In this document: piece after piece, positions 12,181 through 24,542 of the stretch
How the letters are laid out: every line of letters starts with the position of its first letter
Numbering within the stretch: the first letter of the stretch is position 1
Made by a program: the position numbers and the translations under genes
Notes under the pieces: generated by a model
Told to the model about the DNA's origin: nothing
Databases searched by the model: none
The model's input: only the letters and a program-made list of their open reading frames with translations
From: Balanoglossus misakiensis
Taxonomy: Eukaryota > Animalia > Hemichordata
Reading direction: 5' to 3'
Assembly (NCBI GenBank): GCA_040954595.2
Contig: CM082587.2
Coordinates: forward strand, 6,871,705 to 6,935,704
DNA: 64,000 bases

Positions 12181-13205
12181 GGGACCGTTCAGTTTTTACG
12201 GCTGGGGGGGGGGGGGTTGGCAAGTTTGTGTCCTGGGTTTTCAAAATCAGGCCGACCCCCCCCTTCACCGAGGACCAAAAAATGATGACCCCCCCTTTGA
12301 CAGGCAAAAAAATATGATGACCCCCCCCCCCCCCCACGCCGAAAAAATTCTCCGTCCTGATCCTATGATAGGGTATGAGGGTTCCCACACCTCAATTCTA
12401 AATTTCTTAAAGTAATTGAAGTATATACCGGTAATAGTATATCGTTGCAATAAGAATGAATTATGAATAAATTAAAATGACAAGTAAAGCGGACAAAATA
12501 CGGCTAGGACTAGGCTAGTAAGATTGCTGAATAAATCCCTGTGGTAAAACAAGAAAAGTGGCGGGGGTGGGTGTGAGAAAATTTTGTAAAATACGGTGCT
12601 CAAAATTGCATTTTAATGAACTCAAAAGCAAATTAACTAAATGTTAGGGAGGACAAATTTTACTTTTGCTAGTCAATGTTAGCATCGGTGGGGGTGGGGT
12701 GGGAAAGTGCTACGCCTTGGTACACTAGATGTGGTGAAGAATGAAGGGGTGGGTGTGGGAGGGGGTGTCCCCTTCGCACATAAGAAAATTTTGAAAAATA
12801 TTGGGCTGAAAGTTGCATATTAATGAACTCAAAAGCAAATTAACTCAATATTGGGGAGGACCAATTTTACTTTTGCCACTCCACTCAAAGTACGCATCGG
12901 GTGGCAAGTAGTCGGCCCTGGTACACTAGACAAACCAGCCAATAAATGAAATGTGGCGAAGAATGGAGGGGGTGGGAGGGGGTGTCCCCTCCCACATGAG
13001 AAAATTTTGTAAAATATTAAGGGCGCGAAACTGCAATTTTGTGGACTCAAAAGCAAAAGTTCGGTGGCAAAAGTAGGTGACCCCCCCTAAACGTTTAAAA
13101 AAAACCAGATGACCCCCCCCCCTTTTGGACTTCAAAATTTAAGTGACCCCCCCCCCCTGGATTTTGCCGACCCCCCCCCCCCGGCCGTAAAAACTGAACG
13201 GTCCC
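12181..13205 (+). mobile_element. Non-autonomous DNA transposon (PIF/Harbinger-like MITE), copy 1
   Basis: TIRs GGGACCGTTCAGTTTTTACGGC+polyG / polyC+GCCGTAAAAACTGAACGGTCCC; TTA on both sides; internal tandem subrepeats; no credible ORF. Confidence 0.8.
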
Positions 13206-13607
13206 TTAAATGACGAGAAACCACAATTTCTCAATGACTTTCAGTCTGCCGACTGATGACCCCAAAATGTTATGACCTTTTGAATACGCCAACCGGCGGA
13301 TGTCATGTCATATAGTGCACGTGATATGCTAGCTAAATAGCGTTACTATTTCTATGGCGCCATGGTAACGTAAACAACATGCGTCAATCTCCCGCCAAGA
13401 AAGGCAAGGCTTCACACTTTTGCTCCAAGTTTATTCGTTACATCCAAGTCTGTTGTAAACAAAATTGAATATCTGAATTTTTATATGTAGGGCATGCCAG
13501 TTTATGTGTATATCTACCCACCCATTGATCAATGATGCTGTCATCAGGCTTGAACGTCATGAAAGGGGCGTTGATATCTCTGTGTCAGAGACTGACCCAT
13601 GTGATTA

Positions 13608-14715
13608 GAGACCGTTCAGTTTTTACGGCAGGGGGGGGGGGGCTGGCAAGTTTGTGTCATCGGTTCTCAAAATCAGGCCGACCCCCCCCTTCACCCAGGA
13701 CCAAAAAATGATGACCCCCCCCCTTTGACAGACACAAAAATATGATGACCCCCCCCCCACGCCCAAAACATTCGCCGTCCTGATCCTATGTACACTGTAT
13801 GCAATAAAGGGAATGAGGCTCCTCACACCTCAATTCTATAAGTATTATTGAAGTATATAATAGTATATCGTTGCAATAAAGAAATCTATGAACAAATTAA
13901 AATGACAAGTCGGTATAATCGGTAAAACAAGAAAAGTGGCGGGGGTGGGCGTGGGAGGGGTGTCCCCCTCCCACATAAGAAAATTTTGTAAAATACGACG
14001 CTCAAAGTTGCATTTTAATGAACTCAAAAGCAAATTAATTCAATGTTAGGGAGGACAAATTTTAATTTTGACACTCCACTCAAAGTAAGCATCGGGGGTG
14101 GGGTGGCAAGAAGTCTTCCCTGGTACACTAGACAAACCAGTGAATAAATGCAATGTGACGAAGAATGGAGGGGGTGGGTGTGGGAGGGGGTGTCCCCCTC
14201 CCACATAAGAAAATTTTGTAAAATATGTAGCGCAAAGTTGCATTTTAATGAACTCGAAAGCAAATTATCTCAATGTTTGGGAGGACCAATTTTACTTTTT
14301 GCCACTCCACTCAAAGTCAGAAGATTTGGCGTCATCTTGTCATGACATCATTTATAAAACTTCTAGTATATAGAAGATGCAGCGCGAAATCAGTTATGCA
14401 AAATGGTTTAAACAATTATTCTCCTTTATGTATTCACTTTGTTAAATATTATCATCGGTGGGGTTAGGGTGGCAAGCACTCTGCCCTGGTACACTAGACA
14501 AACCAGCAAAAAATGAAATGTGGCGGAGAATGAAGGGGGTGGGTGTGGGCTCAAAGGCAAAAGTTCGGTGGCAAAAGTATGTGACCCCCCCCCCTAAACG
14601 TTTAAAAAAAACAGATGACCCCCCCCCCCCTTGTGGACTTCAAAATTTAAGTGACCCCCCCCCTGGATTTTGCCGCCGCCCCCCCCCCCCCCGGCCGTAA
14701 AAACTGAACGGTCCC
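13608..14715 (+). mobile_element. PIF/Harbinger-like MITE, copy 2
   Basis: Same TIRs (GAGACCGTTCAG...CTGAACGGTCCC) and collinear internal sequence; flanks TTA/TTT. A lone degenerate terminus sits at about 17540-17577. Confidence 0.78.
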
Positions 14716-15223
14716 TTTGGGTACACACATGGGCTCCAGTGGGGTAATTCTGCGTGTAATCGCGGTTCTTACGGAAGTCAGAGCAAGTAAATACATGTAT
14801 GCGTGTTTGTTCCAGATGCGTCTTTTTTTTCACTGTTGGAGTCTTATTTTGGCTGATTGTGAGATACATGACTGCAAACACTTCCCTTGAAATTGGTGTT
14901 AAATTCACAAAACCGTTGAAAAACGACATGGTGCATGCATCCACACGAAGTATCTGTGTTCGATCGGTGTGATTACGAAACAACAACATGTCTCGTAAGT
15001 ATTCTGGGCACTGCGGACGGTCGTATCTGATAAATTATTGATTGAACGCCCAGAAACATTCATAACCAAAATATCAACAAACTACGTTTTACGCCTTGAA
15101 TTCATGTGTCTGGATATTTTTTGTAGCTATTCTTTGAATTTTCAAAATTATACAAATAGCATTTGGTTATTTTGTGAATTTTCAATAAACACAAACAGCA
15201 ACCACTTTTAACAAATATAAAGA

Positions 15224-17107
15224 CAGCCAGAACGCAACGCCTTCATTAACATATGCAAATACGGAATCTGATTCGAAAAACGAGACCGTTACACTGAGCC
15301 CCGAAAAGGGTGTCTGAATTGGGTCATTTTTTCCCCCAACTTTGGTCATCAACCGCTATTAATGGCGATCGTTCTGAGTATTTTTGTTGGATTTATTTGA
15401 TAGTACATATATCGAACTATATCTCAAGGAGTATTTTTGATCATTAATGCAGTAGTTTCAGAGAAATAACGAAAAGTACAGAGTAATGAAAATTCACGTT
15501 TTGGAAACATGCCTAGCTAAATTCTTGAACGGACTGTTACACCAACTTGTTGTAGAAGTCCAATGACATATTTATAAAATATAGGCATTGGCCCTTCTTA
15601 CTGTGAAGTTTGTGTACTTTCCGGGGCATATTAACGAAGTTATAACGGTTTTAATTTGTTTACTTTTTGCTGTGACGAGATCATTTTCAGTGGGAAATGG
15701 CGGGAGTTTACAGCGTAACCCATTGTCGAGCGTTCAGTGCAGAATGTGTGTATATTGTTTACGTCCCACATGTACATGTAGTGTTGATAAATGCACATGT
15801 TGGAAATGAGTTCATTGTATTTCGGCTATTTAGACTACCTTTTATTCTTGAAAATTATCGATGATCATCGAGATCTGCCTAAACTACGTTAGCACTGGCG
15901 GCTGCGTGTATGAACACGGGCGTCATGGAACGTCGAACAATAAAGTGTATAGATATTAATAAACTTAGCATAAACGCGACGTCCTCAACGAACAAAGAAT
16001 ACAATATTTCGTGGGTTTGTTTGGTGTGGACGAGAACGGCAATAAAGCTGGGTCAGTGTTAACTTAATGTGCAAAACCACACCGTACAGGCACCGTGTGT
16101 ACGATCTCGTCTTGAGCAGTAAAGGCGATGTCTACGCATGCGTGCGCGCCCGAAACTGATCTGCCCTGTGTACGTACGTGAGTACACATATATACACGGT
16201 GCTAGTGCGTTCGCTCGCATATTTTGCAAGTCCGGCGCTAGTGCGTTCGCTCGCATATTTTGCAAGTCCAGCTGTAGCTAGGCCGTTCGTGAGTGTAGTT
16301 CTCGTTCACATAAAAAAAACACGAAATAATTTATTGTGTGTTCGTTTAGGCCTATGCTAAATTATCCATACACTTTATTGTTCCATGACGCCCGTGGTAT
16401 GAATTGCAGGGTTGTGTGCTTACGGCGCGGCGTAACCCTGCGATGCCTCCACACCACAGCTTTTGGAAGAATAAAATACAGATTTCGTCGAATGTGGTGT
16501 TTCACAAAAAGAAAAACATTATTGAGCGACAACACAAACGTTTGTAAAAAATCAGTCCGGTTCTTTCAACTCCACAATCGCGTTAAACAGAGACTGCAAA
16601 CAGCGACTGGGATAATTGCGTATTTACTAGTGTTTACATCAGCGGCCGGGAAACCTCGGGTCACGTAGGTCATGTGACGACTTCCGGGTAAAATCGCCCG
16701 TTTTTTAGCGAAAATTCTTGAACTGACCGTTACACTTGTATCTTTACCAAATTTCTTTACGCGGTCATTTTAAGTGTAGAAAAACCCACATAACCCTGAA
16801 ATCTGTAAACTTTCCGGGGCATATTATGGATACTGGAAGCGAAAAACTGGACCATATTTTCGACCGCTAAAGTAACCTTCGGAAAATCGCCATAATATCA
16901 ATATTTCAGTAAATAATTCTTAAATCCATTTGGATGGCCCGAAAGAAGACATGTCAGGAGAGGTTTTCGCTTTTACATGATTTAAAATAATGCACTCTAG
17001 CGAAAGTTACGGCAAGTTGAAAATGGTCTGTGAGCGGCCATTCAAAATGTAACGGTCCTGATCTGGATAGGCGATAATATGCTAATGAGGGTGTTGCGTT
17101 CTGGCTG
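15224..17107. mobile_element. 1.9-kb non-autonomous TIR transposon with 4-bp TSD (Academ-like, tentative)
   Basis: 31-bp TIRs CAGCCAGAACGCAACRCCYTCATTARCATAT (3 mismatches), AAGA on both flanks; internal repeated CCGTTACAC and ACTTTCCGGGGCATATTA; 36-bp tandem duplication at about 16200-16272. Confidence 0.7.
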
Positions 17108-17130
17108 AAGATAGCGCAGTAAAAAGAAAT

Positions 17131-17495
17131 CTAAGCATTGTAGTAAAGAATAAGATAACTTCAGCACAAATTTGAACTTAATATGGATGAACTTGCCCTA
17201 GATGAATATGTGAAATTGATTCTTGTACAAAATTTCTGCCAAATTCAAGAGTTTTTACTCGGAATACTTTGACACACTACATCAGTAATGACCTCTTCAA
17301 CACATTTCATTTGATTCAGTCACAAAATGTACATTCAACGCTCCATTCCTGATTCCTTTCAAAATTGTCAGTGCAAGAATACACTCAGTTACCAATTTTG
17401 TTTCAAGGAAAAAAAGTAATAAGTACGGATACAAACTTGAAGGTGGAGCACTTTTGATACATTGGCTGTGGTAATTGTTTCCACGTACGTGACGA
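17131..17495 (+). repeat. Dispersed ~360-bp repeat, second copy at about 26864-27300
   Basis: TAACTTCAGCACAAATTTGAACTT...GGATGAACTTGCCCTAGATGAAT...AAAATGTACATTCA...ACGTACGTGAC collinear in both copies. Confidence 0.75.
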
Positions 17496-17968
17496 TACGC
17501 GTGCGGAAATCGGGTTGGGGCAACCTGATTGACTTGCAATTTTGCCGGCCCCCAGCCGTAAAAACAGAACTGTCCCTTAGTGCAACGTTGTAGTCATTAA
17601 ACCGTGAAGGTCAGCCACCTGTCCGAGAGTAGACTAGTGCGCCAAAGTGTCTAGTGATTTATAGTATGGACTTAAAAGAGAAGGAGTTTATTTAACTGTC
17701 CTTTGAGCTATTGTTCAGGTGATGGTTGCTGCCGCTCCGTTATCTCCTAATACTCCGTAATACTTTAATCGTATCACTTCTTTTTATGTCCATGTTTATA
17801 GCTAGCTGAACAGTGCGCAGTGCAGTGTGTGTCCGCCCCCACAAAACAGGAAGAAAAGGTGTGACGCGCTGCTATTAATTTATTTAAGTGACGCGCGCGC
17901 TGGCCAGAAACATTTCATGGGGGGGGGGGGGGGGGGGGGGGGCTTATATATCGCCATAGCATGCTTAT

Positions 17969-18147
17969 ATATAATTCCCCCGTATTTCGAACGAGTGTGC
18001 CTGCGTCGCGGACGAGTGATTCCCCGTATAGCGGCCGTATCCCTCCGAGCCGCAGGCGAGGAGGGATACAGCTATACGGGGAATCACGAGTTCGCGACGC
18101 AGGTACACGAGTGAGGAATACGGGGGAATTATATGTTTATCACATAC
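17969..18147. mobile_element. ~165-bp hairpin followed by TTATCACATAC; probable end of an element whose other end is at 20311-20320
   Basis: ATATAATTCCCCCGTATT...CGAGCCGCAGGCGAG...AATACGGGGGAATTATAT inverted arms. Confidence 0.6.
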
Positions 18148-18430
18148 ATAGATCCGCTAATTTTTATTTTCAAATAAATCTCTTTGTGGTTGCGATAAAA
18201 TTTGGAACTATTTTGTGCAAAATTGAAGATCGATGTTATGCGGTCTATCTGTCAGATGACTCAGGTCACGACCTGGACGATTCTGGTTTTGGCGAGGACC
18301 CGTCTATCGCGCATCAGCTGGATTTCATCGTCCGTCACGGTTTCACTGGAGCAGGAAACCTTTCTTATGCCTTTTGCTTTATGACTAGACCGTTTTGCTC
18401 TAATCGTCGCATCAAAATTTTTGCGAATAC

Positions 18431-21026
18431 TTACATATAATCCCATGATATCTTTCTTTGTTTGACGTCATCGTATACGAGTGGTTTTCGCGGAGCAGTG
18501 CAACTTCGAGCCGTAGGCGAGAAGTTGTACGCTTCCGCGAAAACCACGAGTATACGATGACGTTAAACAAAGAAAGATATCATGGGATTATATATTTATC
18601 ACATGAACAGTCTTCTTATTTTTCGTTAGAAGAGGCAGGACTAAAAAAATTCAGTACCTTGCAACAATTTTGGAGCGGTGTCGTATTTTACTGAGCGGGA
18701 TTATGTCCCCCAGGAGATATATGTTGGGAGATTTTATGAATGATCAGCGATAGTTCATCATTTGCATATACGCAAATGGTGAACTATCGCTGATCATTCA
18801 TAAAATCTCCCAACAAGTCGTCCCGTTGAGTTCCGTTCGCTCGAAGTTCGGCCTTACACAAATGTAATCGATTCTCTAACAATTTTACTGCAACCTGTTG
18901 CCACGTCTTATACATTTCGTTGACCGGTGCAATAGAGAGGTTCAGTCGTCACGCTGAACTGGCTCGAAACAATTCCCCACACTGATTCGACTCGGAACGT
19001 ACCGGACTTGCGCCTAGCCTAGGCTATGTGTACCTGACCCAAAACTTTGACAGCCACGATCGTCCATGATCGTTGCGTCGACTGTCTTCTTTCCAAATTC
19101 CACCTTTCTGTTTTGAGCTTACAAAGCGTTATTGTCATGGATCCGTCATTTTTTTATTTCATTTCTGTATTGTAAATGCCGCGCGCTACGCGTACTGTTT
19201 CTGTTTGACAACAAAGCTACGGCGAATCGGTGGAAATAGTTCCGGTTGATGACGTAACACAGGGGTGATCAGGATTTTTGATCTGTCCTGGTCTACGTCA
19301 CACAGGTGGTGATCAGGGCCAGTTCATGTGATAATTACATATAATCCCATGATATCTTTCTTTGTTTGACGTCATCGTATACGAGTGGTTTTCGCGGAGC
19401 AGTGCAACTTCGAGCCGCAGGCGAGAAGTTGTACGCTTCCGCGAAAACCACGAGTATACGATGACGTTAAACAAAGAAAGATATCATGGGATTATATATT
19501 TATCACATGAACAATCTTCTTATTTTTCGTTAGAAGAGGCAGGACTAAAACAATTCAGTACCTTGCAACAATTTTGGAGCGGTGTCGTATTTTACTGAGC
19601 GGGATTATTTCCCCCAGGAGATATATGTTGGGAGATTTTATGAATGATCAGCGATAGTTCATCATTTGCATATACGCAAATGGTGAACTATCGCTGATCA
19701 TTCATAAAATCTCCCAACAAGTCGTCCCGTTGAGTTCGTTCGCTCGAAGTTCGGCCTTACACAAATGTAATCGATTCTCTAACAATTTTACTGCAACCTG
19801 TTGCCACGTCTTATACATTTCGTTGACCGGTGCAATAGAGAGGTTCAGTCGTCACGCTGAACTGGCTCGAAACAATTCCCCACACTGATTCGACTCGGAA
19901 CGTACCGGACTTGCGCCTAGCCTAGGCTATGTACACCTGACCCAAAACTTTGACAGCCACGATCGTCCATGATCGTTGCGTCGACTGTCTTCTTTCCAAA
20001 TTCCACCTTTCTGTTTTGAGCTTACAAAGCGTTATTGTCATGGAACCGTAATTTTTTTATTTCATTTCTGTATTGTAAATGCCGCGCGCTACACGTACTG
20101 TTTCTGTTTGACAACAAAGCTACGGCGAATCGGTGGAAATAGTTCCGGTTGATGACGTAACACAGGGGTGATCAGGATTTTTGATCTGTCCTGGTCTACG
20201 TCACACAGGTGGTGATCAGGGCCAGTTCATGTGATAATCAGTTTTGTACCTGTCGCTCGTTCGACAGCGCGACGACATTGGCTCAGCACTGACGACCTCG
20301 CGACAGTTTTGGTGTGATAAAAATGTACACAGGTAAAACTAATCGTCGATCGTCCATATTTACACATACGAAACATTTTATTTATCGGTGTCGTATTTTA
20401 CTGAGCGGGATTATTTCCCCCAAGAGATATATGTTGGGAGATTTTATGAATGATCAGCGATAGTTCATCATTTGCACGCAAATGATTAACTATCGCTGAT
20501 CATTCATAAAATCTCCCAACAAGTCGTCCCGTTGAGTTCAGTTCACTCGAAGTTCGGCCTTACACAAATGTAATCGATTCTCTAACAATTTTACTGCAAC
20601 CTGTTGCCACGTCTTATACATTTCGTTGACCGGTAGAATAGAGAGGTTCAGTCGTCACGCTGAACTGGCTCGAAACAATTCTGATTCGACTCTGAACGTA
20701 CCGGACTTGCACCTAGCCTAGGCTATGTACCTGACCCAAAACTTTGACAGCCACGATCGTCCATGATCGTTGCGTCGACTGTCTTCTTTCCAAATTCCAC
20801 CTTTCTGTTTTGAGCTTACAAGGCGATATTGTCATGGAACCGTCATTTTTTATTTCATTTCTGTATTGTAAATGCCACTACACGTACTGTTTCTGTTTGA
20901 CAGCAAGGCTACGGCGAATCGGTGGAAATAGTTCCGGTTGATGACGTAACACAGGCGTGATCTGGATGTTTGATCTGTCCTGGTCTACGTCACACAGGTG
21001 GTGATCAGGGCCAGTTCATGTGATAA
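18431..21026. mobile_element. Tandem hairpin-bearing ~904-bp element: copies 18431-19334, 19335-20237 and truncated 20386-21026
   Basis: Near-identical units; each full unit has a ~160-bp hairpin (18435-18593), 13-bp inverted repeats TTATCACATGAAC (18596-18608) / GTTCATGTGATAA (19322-19334) and an internal ~94-bp palindrome (18722-18815). Confidence 0.8.
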
Positions 21027-21277
21027 ATAGCTGAAATGGGGTATTTGAGTGTTCTAAAGAACGTATGGTGGCTCTCTCTTTTTCGCGTGTGCCACCAACT
21101 GAAAATCTGTGATTGGTTAGATCTCAGTTTACCTTATACATGTAACATACGTGTAAAGCACATTAGCTCATTAGCACACTACACAATAAATTTTATTGTA
21201 CACACATCAAAGAAGCAAATATTATTTGAGGTCTCAAAACATTCGATGTAAACTTGACATAAGGCATGATTAAATTA

Positions 21278-21311
<34 letters not shown>

Positions 21312-21605
21312 TTTTATTTACCCATTAATTAAAGGGTACATGTGATAGGTAAAAATACAAATGGTGGGTAAATATGGAGTCAGGAAATAGCCACAGCTAG
21401 TCTAGCCTGTACTCCTACAATATAGCTTGCTTGGTTACAGAAAAAAAAGATAATGTTGAGGGAACGCTTGAAGCGTGATTCAAGTACAATCTCACTACAA
21501 CAGTGTAAAGTTATCCATTGCAAATGGTAATGGAAAAAAGAAAGGAACAACAATCACAAACAAACAAACAAAACAGCATCATACTACATCAAGAAAATTA
21601 CAAAT

Positions 21606-24524
21606 TCATTTGTACTGGTTTAAGAGGTGTTGTTTAAGTGTCCTACGAAATTGGCATAAAGTATTTGAAGACTTAATTTGTGGAGGAATATCGTTCCAGA
21701 TTTTTGCTCCAGTATGTGATATCGAGAACTGGCCTGAGTTTGTTTTGGCGTGAAACGGGCGTAGATAGTGATGTAACCAAATTCTGGTATTATGCTCATG
21801 ACTTGTTGTGTTAAAATAATCTGAAAGTGAATGTGGAGATTTCTGGTGATATAAAGAATAAATGAAGGAACCTAGTAAATAACTGTGAAGCTTGGTAATA
21901 TCCAAAATATTCAGTTGATTAAAGAGAGGAGAAGAATGGTCCATGTGTGATTTGAAAAGCATTATACGTACAATTGTTTTTTGGGCAACTTGGATACAAT
22001 GTAACTTTGTGGGGTAAGTATTGCCCCAAACCTCAAGACCATATGTAACATGAGGGAGTATGAAGGCGTTGTAATATAAAATTCTGATATGGAGTGGTAA
22101 AATATTTCTAATCTTGTATAAAATTCCACAGTGCTGTGACCATGACAGATGCTTGTCCAATAAAACCCCAACAAATGGTATCACATCAACCTCTTTGATT
22201 TCTTCATTCTGGATTTGCAATGACCCAAGAACATCAAGTTTTTTCTGCCGACCCCTAAAAATAATAAAGTGAGTCTTGGCCCTATTAATTGTTAGTTTGT
22301 TGGCATTGCACCATTGCTGAACATCATTTAAATAAGAGGATATATGAGTCAAGTTAATACTATCTGCACCTGAGAAGGAATGGAAGAGATTGGAGTCGTC
22401 AGCAAATAAACGGAAATCAAAAAATGTAGAAGAATTTGGAAGGTCATTGATATAAATAAGGAAAAGGGTTGGGCCCAAAACTGATCCCTGTGGGACTCCA
22501 TTGTGGATCAAGGACTTTTCTGAAACATGACTGGTTAATGTGACATACTGTGAGCGGTCTGTGAGGTAGCTGTTAAACCAATGCTGGCAGGGGCCCCTAA
22601 ACCCGTAATGTTCAAGCTTGGACAATAAAGTGGCATGGTGAATGGTATCGAAAGCTTTGCTGAAGTCAATAAACACCCCCAGTGTGGAATTCCCCTTATC
22701 AATTTCTTTTAACAAGTGGTTAACTAAGTTAATCAAAGTGTGCTTGGTGCTATGGTTCTTTCTAAAGCCATACTGATGCTTATATAAAATATTATATTTA
22801 TCAAGGTAAGTAATCACTTGTTTGTTTACCACTTTTTCTATCACTTTACTGAACATTGATAAAATGGCGATGGGTCTGTAGTTCCCAACAATGTTCTGTT
22901 CTCCTTTCTTGAAGATAGGTTTAACCTTAGCGACTTTTAAGGAATTTGGGAAGACACCGGTACAGAAAGACATATTTATGATGTGGGTCAAAGGTTGAGC
23001 AATAACATCAGCTGCATCAAATAGGAGTCTTGGAGGAATATTATCCCACCCACTGGCCTTTTTACTGTCAAGATGCACCAAAATCTCTTTTATCTCAGCA
23101 ACCGTAACAGGATGGAGAAAAAAAGAGTTTGGCATAGGATCATTCATATAATTTTTAAAATCTTTTGTGGTTTTTGGAATGTGTTTTGCCAGATTTTGAC
23201 CCACATGTACAAAGAAGTCATTAAAACACTTAGCCATATCAGCTGGCTTATCTACCAAGCTTTCAATCCCATTTACATTAACCTTTAACTGATCTGGTGC
23301 TTTATCTAAAGTAGTGTTTTTACCAAGCAACTCATTTACAACATTCCACACTTTACCATTGTTGTTTACAGTGAATAAATTAGCATAATACACCCTTTTG
23401 GCTTTTCTTAAAACACTTGTAAGAATATTTCTGTAGGTTGTGTAGCGAGCAACAGCACTTGGTTCATGTTGTGTGGTGACAACTTTAGCATATAGTTTGC
23501 GCTTGGTGCGAATTGACTTCTTAATAGCTTTGGTAATCCAGGGATTTTTGTTACACTTGGCCTTAATAGTTTTAACCTCGAGTGGAGCATGATGGTCACA
23601 CACCTGGCTGAACAAATTGCTGAAGGTGTCAAAAGCAGTGTTTACACAGCTATTGTTATGCATAACAACGTTCCAGTTAACATTAATTAAATCAGAAATA
23701 AAACGAGCAGAGTTATAGCGCCTGAAATTCCTTGTACAAACTGACCGTACAAATGGCGTGTGGACATTGAAGTTGTTGAAAATAGAGAAAATAGGTAAGT
23801 GATCTGAAATATCAGCAATAATTGTACCAGCATCAATGTGACAAGAGCTAATATTGGAATAAATATGATCAATGGTCGACTTGGAAGTACTTGTAATACG
23901 GGTTGGGGAGGAGATTAACTGTTCTAGATGAAGACATTGCATCCTTGGTATAAAATCCCGAGCACTTGAATCTGGACTTGACACATCAATATTAAAGTCA
24001 CCCATAAGAATACAATGTTTTTTATCCAGTTTCAAAGAACAAAGAACATTAAAAAGACTGTCTTCAAACTCTGTGACACTAGTTCCTGGTTTGCGATATA
24101 ACACACCGACAACTATGCGATTCTTTAACCCGCATATTTCAAACCATAGTGATTCAGAATGAACCACATTAAAGTTTAACAGTTTGTATTTAAGAGAACA
24201 ATGAATATATGCCCCTACCCCGCCACCCCGACCGATGTTTCTGCTATTTAACTCAAAAGAGTAATTTGGCAAATTAAAAAAAGTTGGATTGTTGATTTGC
24301 CAGGTTTCTGAAACACCAATAATGTGAAAAGGACTGGTGATACATTCATTGTACAGGAGACGTACATCGTCTATACTATTACAGAGAGATCTTGCATTAA
24401 TATGAGATACTGAGAAAGAATGGCTGGATCTAGAGCTAAATTTATCATTAAATGTTGACGGTTCTAGTATATGATTTGTAACTGTGAAAATGTCATCATC
24501 TATGTCATTTACTGAGTTTGGCAT
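21606..24524 (-). CDS. LINE ORF2: APE endonuclease + reverse transcriptase (972 aa)
   Basis: HINARSL, GVSETW, MGDFNID, TIDHIY, SDHLPI (APE); NYRPIAIL, QYGFR, FIDFSKAFDTI, GVPQGSVLGP, FADD (RT). Confidence 0.95.
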   Translation of the reverse strand: MPNSVNDIDDDIFTVTNHILEPSTFNDKFSSRSSHSFSVSHINARSLCNSIDDVRLLYNECITSPFHIIGVSETWQINNPTFFNLPNYSFELNSRNIGRGGGVGAYIHCSLKYKLLNFNVVHSESLWFEICGLKNRIVVGVLYRKPGTSVTEFEDSLFNVLCSLKLDKKHCILMGDFNIDVSSPDSSARDFIPRMQCLHLEQLISSPTRITSTSKSTIDHIYSNISSCHIDAGTIIADISDHLPIFSIFNNFNVHTPFVRSVCTRNFRRYNSARFISDLINVNWNVVMHNNSCVNTAFDTFSNLFSQVCDHHAPLEVKTIKAKCNKNPWITKAIKKSIRTKRKLYAKVVTTQHEPSAVARYTTYRNILTSVLRKAKRVYYANLFTVNNNGKVWNVVNELLGKNTTLDKAPDQLKVNVNGIESLVDKPADMAKCFNDFFVHVGQNLAKHIPKTTKDFKNYMNDPMPNSFFLHPVTVAEIKEILVHLDSKKASGWDNIPPRLLFDAADVIAQPLTHIINMSFCTGVFPNSLKVAKVKPIFKKGEQNIVGNYRPIAILSMFSKVIEKVVNKQVITYLDKYNILYKHQYGFRKNHSTKHTLINLVNHLLKEIDKGNSTLGVFIDFSKAFDTIHHATLLSKLEHYGFRGPCQHWFNSYLTDRSQYVTLTSHVSEKSLIHNGVPQGSVLGPTLFLIYINDLPNSSTFFDFRLFADDSNLFHSFSGADSINLTHISSYLNDVQQWCNANKLTINRAKTHFIIFRGRQKKLDVLGSLQIQNEEIKEVDVIPFVGVLLDKHLSWSQHCGILYKIRNILPLHIRILYYNAFILPHVTYGLEVWGNTYPTKLHCIQVAQKTIVRIMLFKSHMDHSSPLFNQLNILDITKLHSYLLGSFIYSLYHQKSPHSLSDYFNTTSHEHNTRIWLHHYLRPFHAKTNSGQFSISHTGAKIWNDIPPQIKSSNTLCQFRRTLKQHLLNQYK

Positions 24525-24542
24525 GAAGCAATATATGGGAAA

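Noticed and set aside
18458-19598. Duplicated 78-aa ORFs
   Set aside because: They run through a DNA hairpin of a repeated element, start at non-ATG codons and show no protein features.
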